A stretch of DNA of 64,000 nt from positions 96,001 to 160,000 of IMG/VR virus record IMGVR_UViG_651703101_000001; one strand, written 5' to 3'. Positions 62,377 to 64,000 of the stretch are shown here, piece by piece (the first letter of the stretch is position 1; every line of letters begins with the position of its first letter). The position numbers were made by a program, and so were the translations under genes. Under the pieces are notes generated by a model that was not told where the DNA came from, made no database searches, and saw only the letters and a list, made by a program, of their open reading frames with translations. The DNA comes from a virus. Taxonomy: Duplodnaviria > Caudoviricetes.

Positions 62377-64000
62377 CCCACAGCACGGTCCTAATCTTGT
62401 CAATGACCTAGGACACAGAAAGAGTTAATAACCCTGCATAGCGACGATCCTACTAGGTCCTAGCAGGTTCTTTATACTTTGAGTTTTATCGGTGATCTGA
62501 GGTGCACCGGCTGACCGATCCTACCCCTGCACCCAAAATCAAAAGTATTTGCAGTTTTGGGTGAGTGCTGGACTGGGATCTCAGTGGGACACTTCCTGAG
62601 ACTGGGACCCAGACCGGCACCGACCGAAAATCGGTTCTAATGGAACTTTAATGTAACTCTAATGGTCCTCTTATGGATCCAAGGTCCATAAGGCCTTATT
62701 GTAGCTACAGAAACGAGAAAGGCATGACTTTTCACTACACCGCAGGACATGACAAACAAGGCCTGTTGCATGTCGTTCCCTATCTGAATGATGCCTGGGT
62801 GTGTATCGCAGATGTCGCAGGCCAGATGATGATCGTCTCCAATCCGCGTGATTTTGACGGTTCTCTCAACTGGGCCCAGAACTTCTGTGGTTCCTTCTGT
62901 CTTCTTCCCTGATTCTTCATCAACATCATGTCTTACGTTGCGATCAAAGATAGTTACCAAACCAATGCTCGTGGTGATGTAAAAGTCATCAAAGCCGGTG
63001 ATACTATCACCCCTGCCCAATATCGGAAACTCAATGAGTTCTCCAAGGCCAAGTTTCAAGAGGTGGTGAAGACTCCCAAGGCACCCAAAGCTTCCAAGGT
63101 CAAAGTGACCAAAGTGGATGAGCTTGAACGTCTTGCCAAACGTATTCTGGCTGAACTTCGTGTTGAGCATCAGCTCGCCACTTCTACTGTAGATTACTCT
63201 CCTTACAGTAACGTTCTTCCCGGCTGGGGAGTTGAAATCACCGATCCCAAGATGCTCTGAATCTAATGATTTACAACGAACAAACTTGGTGTAAGATTCT
63301 CGTCTTACAGGAAATCCAAGCCAGACGTCTTGCTGAGAAGAAGTTATGGTGTGAGCGGGGCTGGGACTATTCGGAAAGCCAACTCATCAAAGACTTAAAC
63401 CAAGTGGAAGAATCCATCAATCAAGGGATTCCATTTCATGCCGATGTTGATATTCATGAAATGTTGGCATTTGTGCAACAGCATGCAAGAATTCCTTTGG
63501 AATTCTTTCAAGAATCTCTCCAATACACCGTATAAATTATGATTACTCCTGTCAAGTTTGTACACTTCACTCGTACCATTGATCCAAAGACTCGGATGCA
63601 TTATCTAGATGCACTTGATGAAAATGGTGTTCATTGGCATGCGGTGATGTCCCCACACATTGAAGAATGGTTGGTCTATACTAAGTTCTGGTACACTGAT
63701 ACTCAACAACCCAACAACTACGGTAACTGAAATGAACTGGCGACCGATTGAATCCCATCCCACTGATGGGAAAATGTTTGCCGTGATCGCAAAAAATGTG
63801 AACATCAAACCAGGCAAAATGGATGGTGTTTATTACACTAGCGATCCCTATTATGTCTTTTGGCGGGAGGCCGAAGGATTTGTGCGATGGCCTCATACGT
63901 TTGAGCCTACGCATTGGCACCCGATGCCTGAGTTTGAATGATGGGTAAACTAATGAAACTTTAAGGTAATCCTAAGGGTCCTCTTATGGTAGAGGACCCT

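Overview
This is a 64-kb segment of a T4-like cyanomyovirus genome. The gene content and 33 tRNAs fit my recollection of the freshwater Synechococcus phage S-CRM01, which I cannot verify here. The left arm (1-27.5 kb, minus strand) holds the T4-type replication core (gp61, gp41, UvsX, gp43, RegA, gp62/44/45), Hsp20, MazG, a 2OG-Fe(II) oxygenase and a CmoA-like plus C5-DNA-methyltransferase pair. It also has a block of late genes with capsid-targeting-like N-termini, including a kinase and nucleotidyltransferases. After a strand switch near 27.6 kb, the plus strand has a CobT/CobS-like pair and a ~22-kb tRNA/ncRNA island whose 33 tRNAs cover all 20 amino acids. It also has many small early ORFs behind a repeated palindrome plus sigma70-type promoter. 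The most notable signal is six Y-RNA-like stem-loop RNAs with a covarying conserved stem and tRNA-derived cargo, flanking a 613-aa helical plus TerD-like protein (a candidate Ro60/Y-RNA-analogous system). Other notable signals are a leader-peptide attenuator whose 26-codon peptide uses 18 of 20 amino acids, a ~630-nt ornate ncRNA, repeated mini-pseudoknots beside tRNAs, several tRNA-mimic RNAs, and a likely DNA carboxymethylcytosine pathway. All calls are by eye; no searches or folding programs were run.
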